DNA of 58,872 bases, filler included, from Sphacelaria rigidula (GCA_964200075.2; 9 parts of 9 records of this genome joined end to end with filler, not necessarily neighbours in it), one strand, 5' to 3'; shown: positions 23,521-37,580, numbered from the whole stretch's first letter. The notes: generated by a model not told the origin, from the letters alone. Numbers and translations: made by a program.

Positions 23521-24132
23521 TCACCAACTCCCGCCTCTCCGAGATTGTGATTTGGATTATGACCCCGGTTCGCTTTACTACTCTTGTACTGCAACTGTTT
23601 CTAATCCTGTAAGGGGCGTGGGGAAGGGCGCAGGGAAGGTAATCCTCTAAGCCCTTCATTCGGTGCCAGATGATGCAGTACAGTTTCCCAAACCCATGGT
23701 TATTAATATTTGATTTTCATTGTTGTCGTTGTCGTTGCTGTTGTTCGGCAATAAAACAAGAATGGTCCTATCCTTCTACCCTTACTAGGCTGAGGTGGAT
23801 CACCCACCGCGCTTACGCCGACCATGCCCGTTCCCCGCACATATTTACACCACATGTGTGATGAGTCTCGAGACCAAGATATGGATGTCACTTGTATACT
23901 CCATTTCAAGATAAAAGCACGGTGTCCCACATTCCCATCATGCTGGAATGTTCCGTGTCGAGTTTTCATCGGCCAGGTACACCCCTCCCCCCCCCTCCCC
24001 GTACGGAGACACTTCAGACAAAAGCCATACTTACGAATATATTAGACTTGAAAAGACGAACACCATATAATATCACACCACATCGGGGAAGGGTGCCATG
24101 TGAGCAAAGAGTTGGCGAAAAAAGGACATGGG

Positions 24133-24974
24133 TAGAGACGTGAACTGGCTGCCAGTTAAACTGATCAGTTACAGTCAACTGGTACACCTGGATAACTGAT
24201 CGGTTTTGTGACCAGTTGAACCAGTTATTTCACCCGACATATGTACCATACTCCAGAGTGTTCTGTGTACATACGTCATATTCAAAGTCGAATTTTTCAC
24301 GTATTGTCGTACTGCAATGACCGTGGGAACGCTGTTACAGACGCGAGTACATGACCGCACAGCCCACACACCTAAACGTGGACACGAATATCGCAGAACT
24401 ATATTCTAGTATATTAAAAAAATAGAGATTGGGCACGGACAGTTGATTGAGCGGATCTGAAACGTGAAGCAAGACTGCGTCTCGTAGCGTTCTCGTGTGT
24501 GCTTTGCTTTTTATTTTGTCAGCATCAAGCGTTGAGCCTTCAGTGGTGGCTAGTCAACGTGATACCGAAGCATGAGGAAGAGTCCAGATTTCTGTTAGAT
24601 TTTCCTGGCGCTTGGGTGGTACACGCGAAACGCCATGTATGCTGCACTACTTTACTGTCTCACCGCTTCGTTTTATGAATCCGCATCGCAAAGTTCAGTG
24701 ATGCTTCCTTTTCCCCCATACATGAACATTTTTACGCACCGATTACGTGCTCGAATTGCTGGTGCTAGGCGGCTAGAATTCACGGCGATTTTAAAGAAAT
24801 GTGAAGCCAAATGGCGTAATTTTATTGCCTCCGGCGGGGCCCCCTCATCAGCCGGGGGGCCCCGATCACGCGACTCCGACGCCAGTTATCCAGCTTTAAC
24901 TGATAGCTGTAACTGATTGTAATTTTTTTGCAACCTGTCAACTGGTTAGTTAGCCAAACCAGTTCACAACTCTA
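24133..24974. mobile_element. Older non-autonomous TIR element (hAT-like ends, subterminal AACTG/CAGTT repeats)
   Basis: Ends TAGAGACGTGAACTGG and CCAGTTCACAACTCTA, with clusters of (T)AACTG at both ends. No TSD recognisable. Confidence 0.6.
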
Positions 24975-27300
24975 CCTTTTAGCCTTTCATAGCAGATTTT
25001 TGACGAGATACTGGCCTTTGACGGATTGGGCCTCCCGGGAACACTTGCTATACTTCCCAAGAGGATTATCGTGTACTTTTCCGATTTTTCGTGCGCTCAG
25101 TTTTCACTTTTGGCCATATATTCGCGATTTTTTTCAGCCGCCCCCGAAAACTTCGAGTTGCGTGGAAAAACACACGTGTATGTGGTTGATGTTGCAGTAT
25201 TTGTCGAGTCAGCTTCGACTGTTTATCCATGTCATGATGCAGACCAATTATAAGAGTGGTGCCGCAATAGCCCCCTCCCGAACCAGAACCAAAAACGTCA
25301 CGGAGAAAATGGTCATACAGCGCATGATATATGATTTTAGACTGAATGACGCGCCTCATATGGGAGACTAAGGGCAAAAATAGTCCACGGTTAGGACGAA
25401 TCATCACGACTAAGGATCATTAAATCCACGATTTCTTCCGCCTGATTGGCCAAAAGGGAGAAAAAAAGTTGACCGCTNNNNNNNNNNGGGTATCCACGCA
25501 ACTTTTGCGCCGTTCCATGTGTCTGAGCTGCGTGTACCTGGGTTGCAACGCTGAAAACAAACCCTAGGGACTGATTCGTACGATTCGAATCAATTGCACA
25601 AAGACCAAGTGATCTCCAGACGAATCATTGATTTGTTCGATCCTTGAAGCAATCCCAAGCGTGCGAGATCCTAGCTGTTCGGTGTGCTCGGTTCTTGTCA
25701 TTTCGATTTACATGTAGATTTTGCCTCCTCAAACTAGACACTTTTCTGGCTGGGGGGGCTATCACTGCATCAGTCATGGGTCGAAAGTGTTATAAGAGGC
25801 GGACGAATAATTCTTTCTTTTTATTGTGTAATTGATTCACACCATACGAATCAATCCTTGGCTTCACTCGTCGGACAGATCATGATCGCGGAGCTAAACA
25901 AAAAGCCCGAAGCGCAACCTTTGCGCTGCTCGACGTGCTCAGCGTCCCGCGCTGTAGGGAGCAAAGATGGGAAAGGGGGGGTGTACTCATGATCATACAT
26001 GCCATAATCAAAAGACCGTTGACCTCGCATCCCTACAAAGCCGGGACGGAGCACGCCGGGTTCTCGCCGGACCAGGCTGAACCGCAAACGACAAGGGCGG
26101 GGCGCCGGGGGGNNNNNNNNNNNNNNNNNNNNNNNNNNNNNNNNNNNNNNNNNNNNTTAATTAATTAANNNNNNNNNNNNNNNNNNNNNNNNNNNNNNNN
26201 NNNNNNNNNNNNCGCTGCACGAAACTAGAAATAGCGAAGTGCATGGTTTAAGGTTCTTTCCTGTCCTCTGGGGACAAAAATAAAAAATGTGACATGACAA
26301 GTCCGTGTGGCAGCCTTTCATGACCCAGAGACGGATTGATAATAGGACATATATGCGCGCTGGTTCGTCATTGAGTAGTCGTGCGTGGCGTCCCGTGGTT
26401 GAGACGGAAAGTGCGCCCGTCAAAGGCGTGGGGCGACGCACGAGTAGTTGTATGCCTCCATCCGTAGTTAAAATGGCGCCATTACGCACGAGTTCGTATA
26501 CGTCAGGGACATCTGGGGGTGGCAGTGTTCCAACCGGGGCCAGAAGGGCGGATGGAAAAGGGACTGGACAATCAAGCTGTAAGTACCGGATGGCTACGCG
26601 ACATGAAGGTTCTGCGTTTTGTTCGCGAGCCCACTCACGGTGAGAGTAGCTGGCGAGAAACTCGCGTAGTTGACCTTCCGCTGAAGAGGCGACCAAACAT
26701 AGTGGGGTTGGCAGCGGGGAAATAGGCGACGGGGCAGAAATGGCGACTTCAATATCTGCCCCGGGAGCAGGAGGTGAGTCCTCGGCTCCATGCTCGGGAG
26801 CGGTAGCTGTAGGTGGCGCCATTATGGGCAGCGGGATTGTAGAAGTGTGAGGCGAAGATTCTTCGCGGCGCGTGGTGCATCTTGCCGTGTTTTTCGCGAA
26901 GAGCTGCTTACTGGTCCGTAGGGCCGGTGCTGCGTGGATCGTGGGATTTGTAGATGTTATCGGTGGCGGCGGGGACTCGGGGGCGTGGTGCGGGCGGCAG
27001 GCCGGTAGCGCGTGTTATCAGAGATTAGGTGGATGACCGAACATGTCTCCGTGAAAAGCTTCGTGAGAGTATCAAAAGTGCGGAAATCGACAAGATCGGA
27101 GGTAGTGGGCTTCAACTTACCCAAGACGGCGTCATATGGTAGAGGGCGAGCTCCTCCCTTGTGCATACCAGTCTCTGGGCACTGAAGGTCAAGGGCATAA
27201 ACGGGCGTTGAAAAACGTCTAACAGGGTAAATTCCAGATTCATTGGGTTCCGTCAAACGGCAAGCCGGGCTGAAATCTGCGGCCGTAGGCGGCAGGGGTA

Positions 27301-27633
27301 CACACGCGGCCATTTGGCTACCCCCCAAAATGCCTCCGGAGGGATGCGCGGCCCTTCAGAGGCAAAACAAGCCTCCGGAGGCCTTCAATCCCTCTGGAGG
27401 AAACCAAACACTACCGAGTCGGAGGGCCGCGCACCCCTCCGGAGGAATCTGGGGGTACGCGCGGCCCTCCAGAGGCAAAAACAAGCCTCCGGGGGCGTTT
27501 AATTCCTCGGGAGGAGACAAAAAAATCTCCTCTGGAGAGCCGCGCACCCCTCCGGAGGCGTTTAAATCCTCTGGAGGCTCGAAACGTTTGCCCACCTGGA
27601 GGAAATTTGGGGGTGGCCAAATGGCCGCGTGTG
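27301..27633. mobile_element. MITE inserted in the gypsy pol (probable TA target, Tc1/mariner-like), with internal CCTCCGGAGG palindromic repeats
   Basis: TIRs CACACGCGGCCATTTGGC and GCCAAATGGCCGCGTGTG, flanked by TA and AA. Removing the element plus 2 bp restores LLSRL-PLPPT. Confidence 0.85.
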
Positions 27634-28600
27634 AAGTCGGGAAAGAAGGTCAGTGTTCCCGTTGGTTTGTCCTGGACGCTGCTTAATGGTATACTGGTTC
27701 GCTGTTAGAAACTCCAACCATCGTTGTACACGCGAGTTGTGTTCGCCAGCCTCGGCGAGTTGTTCGAATGCCCCATGATCCGTGTAGATCTCAAATGGCA
27801 CGTGAAACAGATATTGCCAGAGGCGATTAATGGCCCAGGTGATTACTCCGCCTTCCAATTCTAGCGGGTTCCAGTCGGCCTCGTTGGGCAGAGTGGCGCG
27901 GCTGATGAAGAGGATGGATCGAATGGAGTCGTCAACCTGAGGTCGATTCAAAACTCCTCCAAATCCATCTGTTCTGGCGTCAGTGTGTAGTTGGAAAAGG
28001 CGAGAGCCATCTTGTACTGCCTCCCAGTCAGGGAAACAGAGTACCGGCTTTTTGGTAAGCGTTTTCAGCATTTCGCGGGTAATATTTTCCATATCGATGG
28101 TGAAGGTAAACACGGCTCCTTTCTTGAGTAACTCATTAAGGGGGCGAATCCGTTTGGATAAATTCGGCAACATTTTGCGGTAGTAGGATAGTCCACCCAA
28201 CAATGAGCGAAGTTGAGAGATGTTGGTTGGCATCGGCAAGTCCGTCATCGGTCTGACTTTATTTGTATCCAGATGCAGGCCTGCTGGCGAAATGGAATAT
28301 CCCAGGAAATCCAAGTCAGTCGCACCAAGGCGAGCTTTGAATAGAGGCAGTTTTAATTCGTGTGCTCGTACGCGAGAGAGAAATTCTCGTAGAGTGCGGA
28401 TGTGTGCGATCGGTGAGGCATCGAAAGCGATAGCGTCATCTAGGTACATGATGATGTGCTCGAGGGCCTCGGTGACGCGTTGCATTAAGCGTTGAAAGCA
28501 TCCCGGGGCTGTGGCAGCGCCCTGTGGCATTCGAAGCCACTCGCAAAGCCCGGACGAGGTACAGAAGGCCGTCAGTGGGACTTTGCCAGGGTGGATGGTA
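27634..28600 (-). pseudogene. Reverse transcriptase (C-terminal part) and RNase H of the gypsy element
   Basis: TAFCT..GL.EWLRMPQG...FQRLM...YLDD...FLGY...LGGLSYYRK; HTDA..GFGGVL...ELE...YTDH...RWLEFL...D.LSRL. Confidence 0.93.
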
Positions 28601-31573
28601 TTCTAGAAAAAACCCCGGCGGAAGCATTCCTCAGTGTCAGGTGAGCGACGAGAGATGGCGCGGTCTAAGGCCTTATGCAGCGGTGTCTACCAACCATCGA
28701 CCCAAACGGTATTTTCGAAGCGCTTAGCACCCGTGCGATCCGCTAATTGCAAAATATTTCGTACAGTACGACGGATGGAGTGAATAAGACTCGAGGTAAA
28801 CTGTCCTGAGTCCTCATTGTCCGCTGCGGGCATGATTTTAATATGCCAAAGTTTCTTGACACCCGTCTAATGTACTCTCCCTGGATAGCAGCTACCCGAG
28901 CGGCCTCAGCCTTGCAGCTGCTGCAGCCTCACGGGCTGCAGTCTGTGCTTGGCTAGCCGCGTCGGCAGCTGAAGTGCGGGCCGAGGGCGAAGACAAAGAT
29001 CGATCTTTGTCATCAGTGCCGGACAAACCTAATAACTTTCGGGAAACATCAGCCAAGCGAGGTGTTTCTTGCCTGACATTGAACGGATTGGCCGGTGGCG
29101 GGTCCGTCGCTGGCGCATTCCTGTTGCAGGGATTTCGGGACGAGCTGTCCGACGAGCCAGATCCCGTGTGTTTCCAGTCCGTGTGTTGTTTACTCCGGGC
29201 CATTCGTCGTGAACCAGATCCTCGTCGTTCTCCACCGAAGGATCCGGAATCGTCGCTGCGACCCCCGCGTCCGCCACCCTGACGGTCATCATTGTCCCCG
29301 TGGTGTTTGTGCGACCGACAGTTCGCGGTGACCGGAGTCCATTTGTCATCGTCATTGTTGTTGTCGTCCAAAGCGGAGGTGCCGGACTGAAACACGTCCC
29401 ATAAGGCCTGCAAAAGGCTATGGGTGGCCCTGTTGTAGGCACAGGCACCATCATTGGGGCCAGTTTGAGCATGCGTCACAAGCTGGGCGAGCGTCAGGGC
29501 GTGCGGACCTGCGACCGGGAGTTGTGCGCCTTGGTCCGGCTGTAGACCCAAGGCATCTAGAACCGTATGGTGGACAGCAGTCCAAGCAACCCTGGAGCTT
29601 TGCAAGGGGTTCTTCCCCGAAAAGTCGGCGGAGAAGGCTCGTACGGTATGCACGAGCCAAGTGACCTCGTGAGGGGAGAGGGCAAGACGGGGTTCGTCCT
29701 CGGTCGTTGTGTCGCGAATGACAGCTTCCGACTTACGGGGTATGCGGGGTACCGCAGATGGCGAAGAGACCGAGCGCGATGGTGGAGAAGCCGCGGGAGA
29801 TCGCTGAGTGTGGTGCGGAGTATGAAGCGACGTTGTGCGGGCCCGAGCAGCCTGATGGCCGGTCAGTAAAGTTGTCGCCGACGCAGTGTGCTCAGCGGTC
29901 CAATTTATGTGGACCACCAGCTCCGCAGCCTTGCGTTGGCTGGCTGCCACGACCGATTAGTGTTCCGTGTGAGCCCGAAGAGCAGCGGAGTGGGCGGCGG
30001 TGGTGGTGTTGACTTTACGCTGTTGGTTTGCCTGCCGTGTGATAAGTTCCTCACGGAGGAGGCGAATCGCGTTTTCGTCAGCAGCGCGGTCATTTGGCAC
30101 ATCCTGAAATGTCGGCGCCGGGGTGGTCGCCGTAAGGTTCGGCGCCGGATTGGTGGGCGGTAGGGTTGGCACCGGGGTGGCGGCTCGGTAACGAGCGATC
30201 ACGTTATTCTGCGTGCCTCTGTCATGTTCCAGAAAAAGGCACACAAGATATCCCATGGGGCAGAACTCCGCGGTGAGCTGCGGCTGAGGGTACAGCTTGC
30301 CCGGGGACCTGTCAGTCGTAGGGGCGCTGCCAGCGGTGGCAGTGGCGGCGGCAGGGGTGACAGTAACAATGATCGGAGAACTGTCATTGTTAAGAGCGCC
30401 TCCGACGGCGGCAGCGGCGGTATCAGGAGCGGCCATCACTGCGGCCGAAGGTGCCGCAGTGGCGCTCGGGGCGGCAGGTAGAGTGGCCAGAGACGCCGTG
30501 GTTTTGGCAGGCGCCGCAGTGTTCGCCGTAGTGGCCGCAATCGTGGCCGAAGTCTTAGACGAGTCCATCGCTTGTATGATTAAACGCTGCAGATCTGAAA
30601 TCTGTCGTTGTAACAAACGGATAGTGGCGGCATCAGCAGCGGAGCGGGATGGGGCATCGCGGTTAGCTCGAGCTCGTCTATGATGACGCTGGGGCTCGTG
30701 AGACGAATTTTCGCTAGCTTTCTCTATCGAGGAAGCTAGGTCCGATGATAGATCAGGAAGGATATGTTTCACAACGTCCGCATGCACAGTGTGGTCATTA
30801 CGCATGATGTACGGCGGGGCTAATGGGTTGCGACATCGTAAGGGGGGGTGTGGACGGGGTTGAACCTACAGTTCTGACAATCTCAGAACAGTTATTAAGA
30901 CTATTTGGCGCGATTTATAGGCGCAAGTAGCTAAACGACAGAAGGAATATAGGTGTGGTAGATGCCACGAGTATCCTGACTTAAAATGCAGGGCAGTAGT
31001 GTGTTACCAGAAAGAAGAAAGGGCACCCGTGCCCGAAGGCATGCTCCAATGAAGGAACAGTGTCGTGATGCAGTAATTGCAGACACCACAGTACGAGCTG
31101 CCACACTATACTTTTCGATAATTAGTGTATCGTAAAGGCGGGGGCAGCCTACTGTCTGTACTCTGGGAAACAATCTGCCGGTGAAGGCAGAGAGAATTCT
31201 GCACTCAGTCAGTGCTGTGCCCCGCCGCAATGTCAAACAGGTAAATAGAAACGAGGACAACCTACTGTCTGTAGTCTGGAAAACAATGTGCCGGTGGAAG
31301 CAGAGAGCATTCTGCACTCAGCCAGTGCTGTCGCGCTTGCAAAGTGTCGAGGTATTTTTTAGCCGAGACATGTTCAATGTATGAAAATATCACAGACAGC
31401 TGTCTGAGCTGTGTAATTATAAAAATCGCGTTTGTGCTTGTACGGCGCTGCTCAAAAGATGTGAGAAGCACACTGGAAGGACGAGAACACAAGTCAAAAG
31501 TTGACGTCGTTTGCGACACAGCAAAGATTCCAGAACGGGCACGAGTCCCGTATACAGTTGTTTGCAGTCACCT

Positions 31574-31751
31574 GGGAGGGGGAAAGGGGTGTGTTACGAA
31601 GGGGGGCCGTGTAAAAATGCAAAATACCCTGAATAGGCGATACCGAAGTAGTGCAAAAACCGCCGAGTTGTGCTGCTCGCAAAAGGTCTACAGAGCAGGA
31701 GCAGCAGCATAGTGTAACAAGGATGCACCCTGTGCGGTGTTTTCTGTAACA
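31574..31751 (+). mobile_element. Possible PPT plus LTR start of a separate plus-strand LTR element
   Basis: GGGAGGGGGAAAGGGGTG|TGTTACG, the same LTR start as at 1519. GTAACA candidates at ~31714 and ~31746. Confidence 0.35.
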
Positions 31752-33859
31752 ACTTTGTAGGGGAAAACTTCTCCTGTCTGAAAAGAACGAGCAACAAGGC
31801 AAAGTACTCGAGCCAGCGATGCTTGAGTGTGCGGCCCTGCCTGCACTGGGCGACCAGATATCTTTTTGTGCACGTTCGGAAAAGGAAGCTCGCACGTATT
31901 ATTGTGCAGGTACGGATTTGCGAAAAATGCACAGCGGATCCTGGAAAATGGGGCCATATTACAAATGAGGTCGAAGTGGCATTTCTTTTTTGCAGGGATG
32001 ACGCGAAACACTTACGACCGAGCGAAGTCATCTTCCCCTCCAAACGTCCGCAGCAGTTATCCAGCTGTGGCTAGGTGCACCTAACGAATGCGGTGTACAC
32101 GCATGGCGAGGGCGATATCACCAGAGGGAGAAGCAACGATAGAGAGGAAGCTCCTTGCCTGTATCCTTTGTGTGTCCTTGCTCGACGATTACCAATCGCT
32201 CGAGAGACTGGCATCGTCGATGTTACCAACATGTACCCAATTTTCCATGTGCCAGAACATCGAGATGCGGAGAGATTCCGTCTCTGCTTGCCTGTGGCCA
32301 ATGCGAAGATGGATTTCTCTCTGCCTCTCTTTTTGCACAGGGCGCGCCTCTGCGCGCTGAAAAACATGTCGTTGAAAAATAGGGCAATGTTCCCGTCACC
32401 ACTACTACTGTTCTCTGTCACACACATGGCAGCGAGGGCGGTGGTGCAGCGAAAACACCAGATATACCCAATTTAAACTTGGGGGGGGGGGGGGGGGGGG
32501 GTTATTCATCGTTGATTTTATCCGACATGTATGTGGGCGACCCTCTGGGTGCCCAACGACAACAGCGTGCGAGACGCCAGTTGGGGGGGGGGGGGGGGTA
32601 TGGAAAAGAAAAAAGTTATGGAGGGATTTTTAGAAGTGGGGGGGAAAAAAGAGAACCTGGGAAANNNNNNNNNNNNNNNNNNNNNNNNNNNNNNNNNNNN
32701 NNNNNNNNTTAATTAATTAANNNNNNNNNNNNNNNNNNNNNNNNNNNNNNNNNNNNNNNNNNNNCGAAAGGGATGCGCGGTCAATGGTCACACGACTAAG
32801 GCAAGGAACAAATGAGTACCCCCCCCCCTCCTCCTTCAACCCCAGATTGAGGTTTTATGCGGCGAGAGGGGGAGTGGTGCATGGATTTCCCGATATGGGG
32901 CCCCTCGTTTGGAGTATTGAAGCCTGAAGCCTGTCGGTCTGTCTGGCGACGAGTCACGCAAAATGGAGCACTTGCGGGCAGCTGGCTGCAGGGGGCGCAT
33001 AGAGATTATCGCAACTTTATGCTCGAATTATGCACGTTATATGCGCGTTTCAAACAGGTCAAGCTCATTTTAAGCATACTACGATAATTATAAGCTTTGC
33101 GATAAAAGGACCTATTTTATTTGAGCTCAAAAACTCCAAATTAAGCTAAACTTTATGCGCGCATCCGGAACTAAAGCCTACCAAGGGACCGCAGAAGGGG
33201 CGTTACAGATTTAGAAACGTTACACACCGCCTCCGATCCCCGAAAACCTCATTTTTGGCGACGGGAGAGGGTGAGTGGGGGGTACCCTTTTTGAAGGGAT
33301 GAGTACCCCCCCTGATCAGATGGATAATGACGACAGCAGGTACTGTACTGTAGAGTACGTGAATCAACGGCTTGTGCCAGGCTTGTGTACAAGTTGTGCA
33401 TGCTACGGTTGCACGGCAGGTGCTAGGGTAATGAGATAAATGGGCTGTACTCATCTCAGTAAAGATGGGCATAATGGCGAAGACACGTGGTGTCAGTACA
33501 GGTATCGCCTGCTTTTGGGGTCAAAAACGCTGTCTATTTCCCCCCCCCAAAAAAACTCAACCGAAAAAAGATCCAATCCTCATTGTAGTCGACCTAAGTA
33601 ACGTCCGAGTCTATTATTATTCGTGGGAACAGCATCATCTCGTGATAACCGACGCGACAGCTTGCGGCACGATATATGAATCTGTCAAAAGTTCTGTAAA
33701 CGTAGCCGTGCTTGTTGTGAGACCCGCATTTGTTCGAACAGGTTATGCCAGCATGAATGAAGAATACAGAACTGTGACTTGTTGACTACTTTCTTTAGCG
33801 ACACCATCTTCACGAGATTACCATTTTTCTCTTCTAATTGTGTCTCTGTACAGTATGCC

Positions 33860-36800
33860 GAGCTATGGAGATTGCCCCTCGACATAGCTGTCCGAACGCA
33901 GTCACTGTCTACGCAGACACGAGGTGATCATCCTTGAATCTTCTACAGTTTGTTGATACCATGGGAGTTCTGTCTGAGCATTTTTATGCCGGATGGAATT
34001 ATACAGTCAACTCGCAGTAGTGGCGTATACCTCTGGTGTCACTCAGCAACACGTACAACTCGTGGAACACTTTCTCCCTTGACGGACAAACAGAACGCCA
34101 TCGGGCTCACGTGTTGAGTAGCGACCCTCCACAGCATTGCAACCTCACAACTATAACACCTACCCCAAAGTCATTATCCAGCGGTCACCTTGACTTGAAA
34201 GTCATCATACAATCACCAAGTTCTCTTCCCTGCGGCCGCTAGAACAACTGATATGCCCAAACTCCTCGGTTCTGCTCTGCTCGGGTACAGGCCAGCATCG
34301 TGGTGGTGGACGTACCGTTCAATTCCGTATTCTGGCGGAGAATCAGGACGAATGAGGTTGTTGGAAACCATTTCCTGATTTGTGTGTGTGTTAGACCCCT
34401 TGGACCGCACAGACTGAAATACGTTACCCCCCGCCCCCTCCCCTTAAGGCGGTCGAGAATGAGAAAAATCGGAAAATGGTTTCCAAAAACCTTTTTTTCC
34501 CTATTTCTTCGCCAGAATACGGAATTGAACGGTACGTTTACCACGATGCTGGTCTGTACCACAGCAGACCAAAACCGATCAGTCTGGGCATATCAGTTGT
34601 TCCAGCGACCGCGATGCTGGGGAGGGCCGCGTACTCAAAACTTGAACCGGATGGCGCACTGTTTGTCCATTAAGGAAGAAAGTGTACCCCGAGTTTCGCG
34701 TGTTGCTGTGTGACATCAAAGGTATATACACTGCTACTGTAACTTGACTCTAAATACGAACCGGTAGAAGAATATTCTGACTGTACTTCCATGGTATCAG
34801 CTAGTGATGATGATTCAAGGATGATCACCTCACGCTCGCGGGGGCATTGCCCGCGTTCGGACTACTGTGTCGAAGGGCAACCTCCGAAGGTCGGCATTGA
34901 TTGATTAATTATCTCACATGACAGGGTTTCGGGAGCAAAAGAACGGCCGGGGAAACTCAGAGTTACGAACTGGGCCAGCCAACAATGGGTGGATTCCTCG
35001 CTCAGGCGACGCACGGCGTAAAATCAGGAGCTGGACGCTGAAATCCTGACATCAGCTTTTCATCATCGGCATGAACATACCGTGAGCAGCAATAAGTCCA
35101 GGGAAAAAATGACAATCTGCAGCTGCTCACGGGGTGTATCATTTCCTTGGGTGCAGAAGGTGTTCGTGAAATTTCAGCTCAAGAGTCGTCGAATTGGGCC
35201 GTGCGTGCAACGTTTAGCGTGACGCTACTGCACCCCTATAATACAAGTGATCGGAGACTCCAATTATGGAGGTGTTGAGTGCGAATCCCGACATATTATT
35301 ACTTTTTTCGTCCGTCGTTAACCCTTTTGCAACCGTTGAAAGAAAATCGACGGTTGACAACTCACGTTCGCTTGAGCAAATTATAGGTGTTTTTCTCCAG
35401 CTGGTGATGATGCAGCCCACCGAAACGCTTTACCCCCCTATGTTCAAGTGCATTAATGTGACAGATTCGTGCACCGAACTCGAGGTGACGTTTTTCCGGT
35501 GAAAAAAGCTCGCATATGGGATTTTGTACTGTTTTTCGCGAGTTCCAAAGGGCTCAAGTTCATACATTATGCAGTACACTTTTTTTTCCATTTAGCGGCG
35601 GTGCCGTGTGTTACCAGGATAGTCTGCGCTTCACAGTGATGTACTTACATCGGGTTCATTCGAGAAACTGGGAAAGCTGTGGTGTGAGAAACTTTCAGCC
35701 GCTTTTAAGCTAGCCCGGCTCGTAGGGTTTGAAAGTTGGCATTTAAGGCCAGGATATGACGAATTCCCTTGAGTGAACCTTGAAAATTAAACCCTGAGAG
35801 AAACCTGGGCGGAAACTCGGGGGTAATTTGAAAATTGAAAATAAACCCTGAATTTCAAGCATACTTTGCCAGTATGACATGGCGAGGCATCCCTCATGCA
35901 CCCGCAAGTGGGGCCATTCGCAGTCCGAGTACATTTGAGGAGCCAGATAGGAGTCTTGCATCATGTCGGTAACGTGCTGCAGTCAAATTCCCGACAGCGG
36001 AATTCATCTCTCGGAGTTTGAAAAATGCGTGAACCTCAGGTCGTTTTTGTACGGTTCGTATTTTTTGGGTGCTCAAACCTTCCACTTTTGTGACGTTTGG
36101 CACGGTTCTTGGCAGCAAACCAGAGAAAATCGCCATCACACGTCTCAAGACACTGCGCATTGCTCCACCGGGAGGGATCTAGCCCACTTGTGCGATTCGC
36201 TCGACTCCGAAGTTTCGAGAATGGCCTCTTGGCAAAAACATGGCACGAACAAAACATGCGATGTCAACATGTCGCGAAAATACCAGAAGATATTGCATTT
36301 TTTTTCCCCAACCGTGGTTTTGTCCAGAACCGGTCTTGAAACCTCGGAGTCGAGCGAGTTGCAAAAGTGGGCTAGATCCGTCCCGGTGGGGCGATGGAAG
36401 TTGTCCAAGACTTGTGATTGCGATGTTTTGCGTTCAGCTTCGAAAAACCGTGTCGAATGTATCGAAATTGGAAAGGACGAGCTTAAAATAAACGCCCCAC
36501 AAGCAACGGCTTATTCCGACTTTGACCAAACTCTGATCGTGCGAATCCCGATGAAAGAAAAACACTGTCAAAGTCTCGTGCTGTGGTCCACATTCGTTGG
36601 GAATTAATACCCGGAAAACTGCATCCCGTATGTTGGGTGAAGATTTGAAGACGGCACAATTCCGGAACAGCATTAACAAGAAGTGTGATGCAGTGCCCAC
36701 TTCGAAGAGCTAGGAGCCAAAACTGGACAAGGACTTTGTATACGCATGTCAGATAGGTTCACGGCAGCAGCCCAGATTTTTTTTTGTTTTCGTCGAGTTA

Positions 36801-37580
36801 GGACATCTCTACTTTTTTTTTCATAAATCCAGATCGCTGTAAATATCGTAACTTCACTTTTTTTCGTTTCCCGTTTCTGCTCCCCTAAATTCCTGCATTT
36901 TGATAACAAGGATATCGTGGCAAAATTTCCCTCGGCTGGCCGTTCCCCACGTTTCGTATTTTTTTGGGCTCGTACTTTCTACATTTGATTGACACACTTG
37001 ACACGGCTTTTGGCCCCAAAACAGAGACTATCGCCATTACACGTCTTGGACATTTCGCATCGCCCCACCGAGAGGAGCCTATCCCACCTTTCCGATTCGC
37101 ACGGATCGGAGGTTTGGACAACGGCCTCAGAACAGAAATGCAGCTCAAGAAAAAATGCGGTGTCTGCAGTTCTTTTTTTTTGTGAAAATACCTGCATGCA
37201 CCGCTTTTTTTCAACCGTATTTTTGTCCTGAGGCTGTTCTCGAAGCCTCCGAGCCTTGTCGTGACAAAACCTGCAGACACCGCATTTTTTTCCTCAGCCG
37301 TATTACTATTCTGAGGCCGTTCTCGAAACATCCGAGCCGTGCGAATCGGAAAGTGTCCAAGGCGTGTGATGGCGGTAGTCTCTGTTTCGCGGTGAAAATC
37401 AAGGGTCTCAAAAGTGGAAAATACGAGCCCAGAGAAATACAAACGGCCGACGGTACTGCAAACAGAGACCACTGCATAATGGTTGAGCCGAAATATGCGC
37501 CTTGATTGCTGCACAGCCTGGACGAAAAAGTACACTGGCAATAAGTATTCTGTGTACAGTATCGCTATTGCGCCTATTGC
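33860..37580. repeat. Large non-coding foldback-type repeat with nested inverted repeats
   Basis: Arms 33860-34140/34610-34885 and 34233-34382/34465-34612; inner hairpin 36160-36222/36333-36394; homologous to 2155-4148. Confidence 0.85.

Larger units (their letters stand above)
26285..30850 (-). mobile_element. Decayed Ty3/gypsy LTR retrotransposon (gag-like, RT, RNase H, start of integrase)
   Basis: Gag-like frames 29957-30805 and 28892-29950; RT/RNase H at 27634-28600; RIYV...RLWVMKGCH...CH (integrase H2C2 start) near 26290-26360. Confidence 0.9.

Noticed and set aside
31996..32476. Possible exon and 133-aa ORF
   Set aside because: No domain similarity and no partner exons could be supported.
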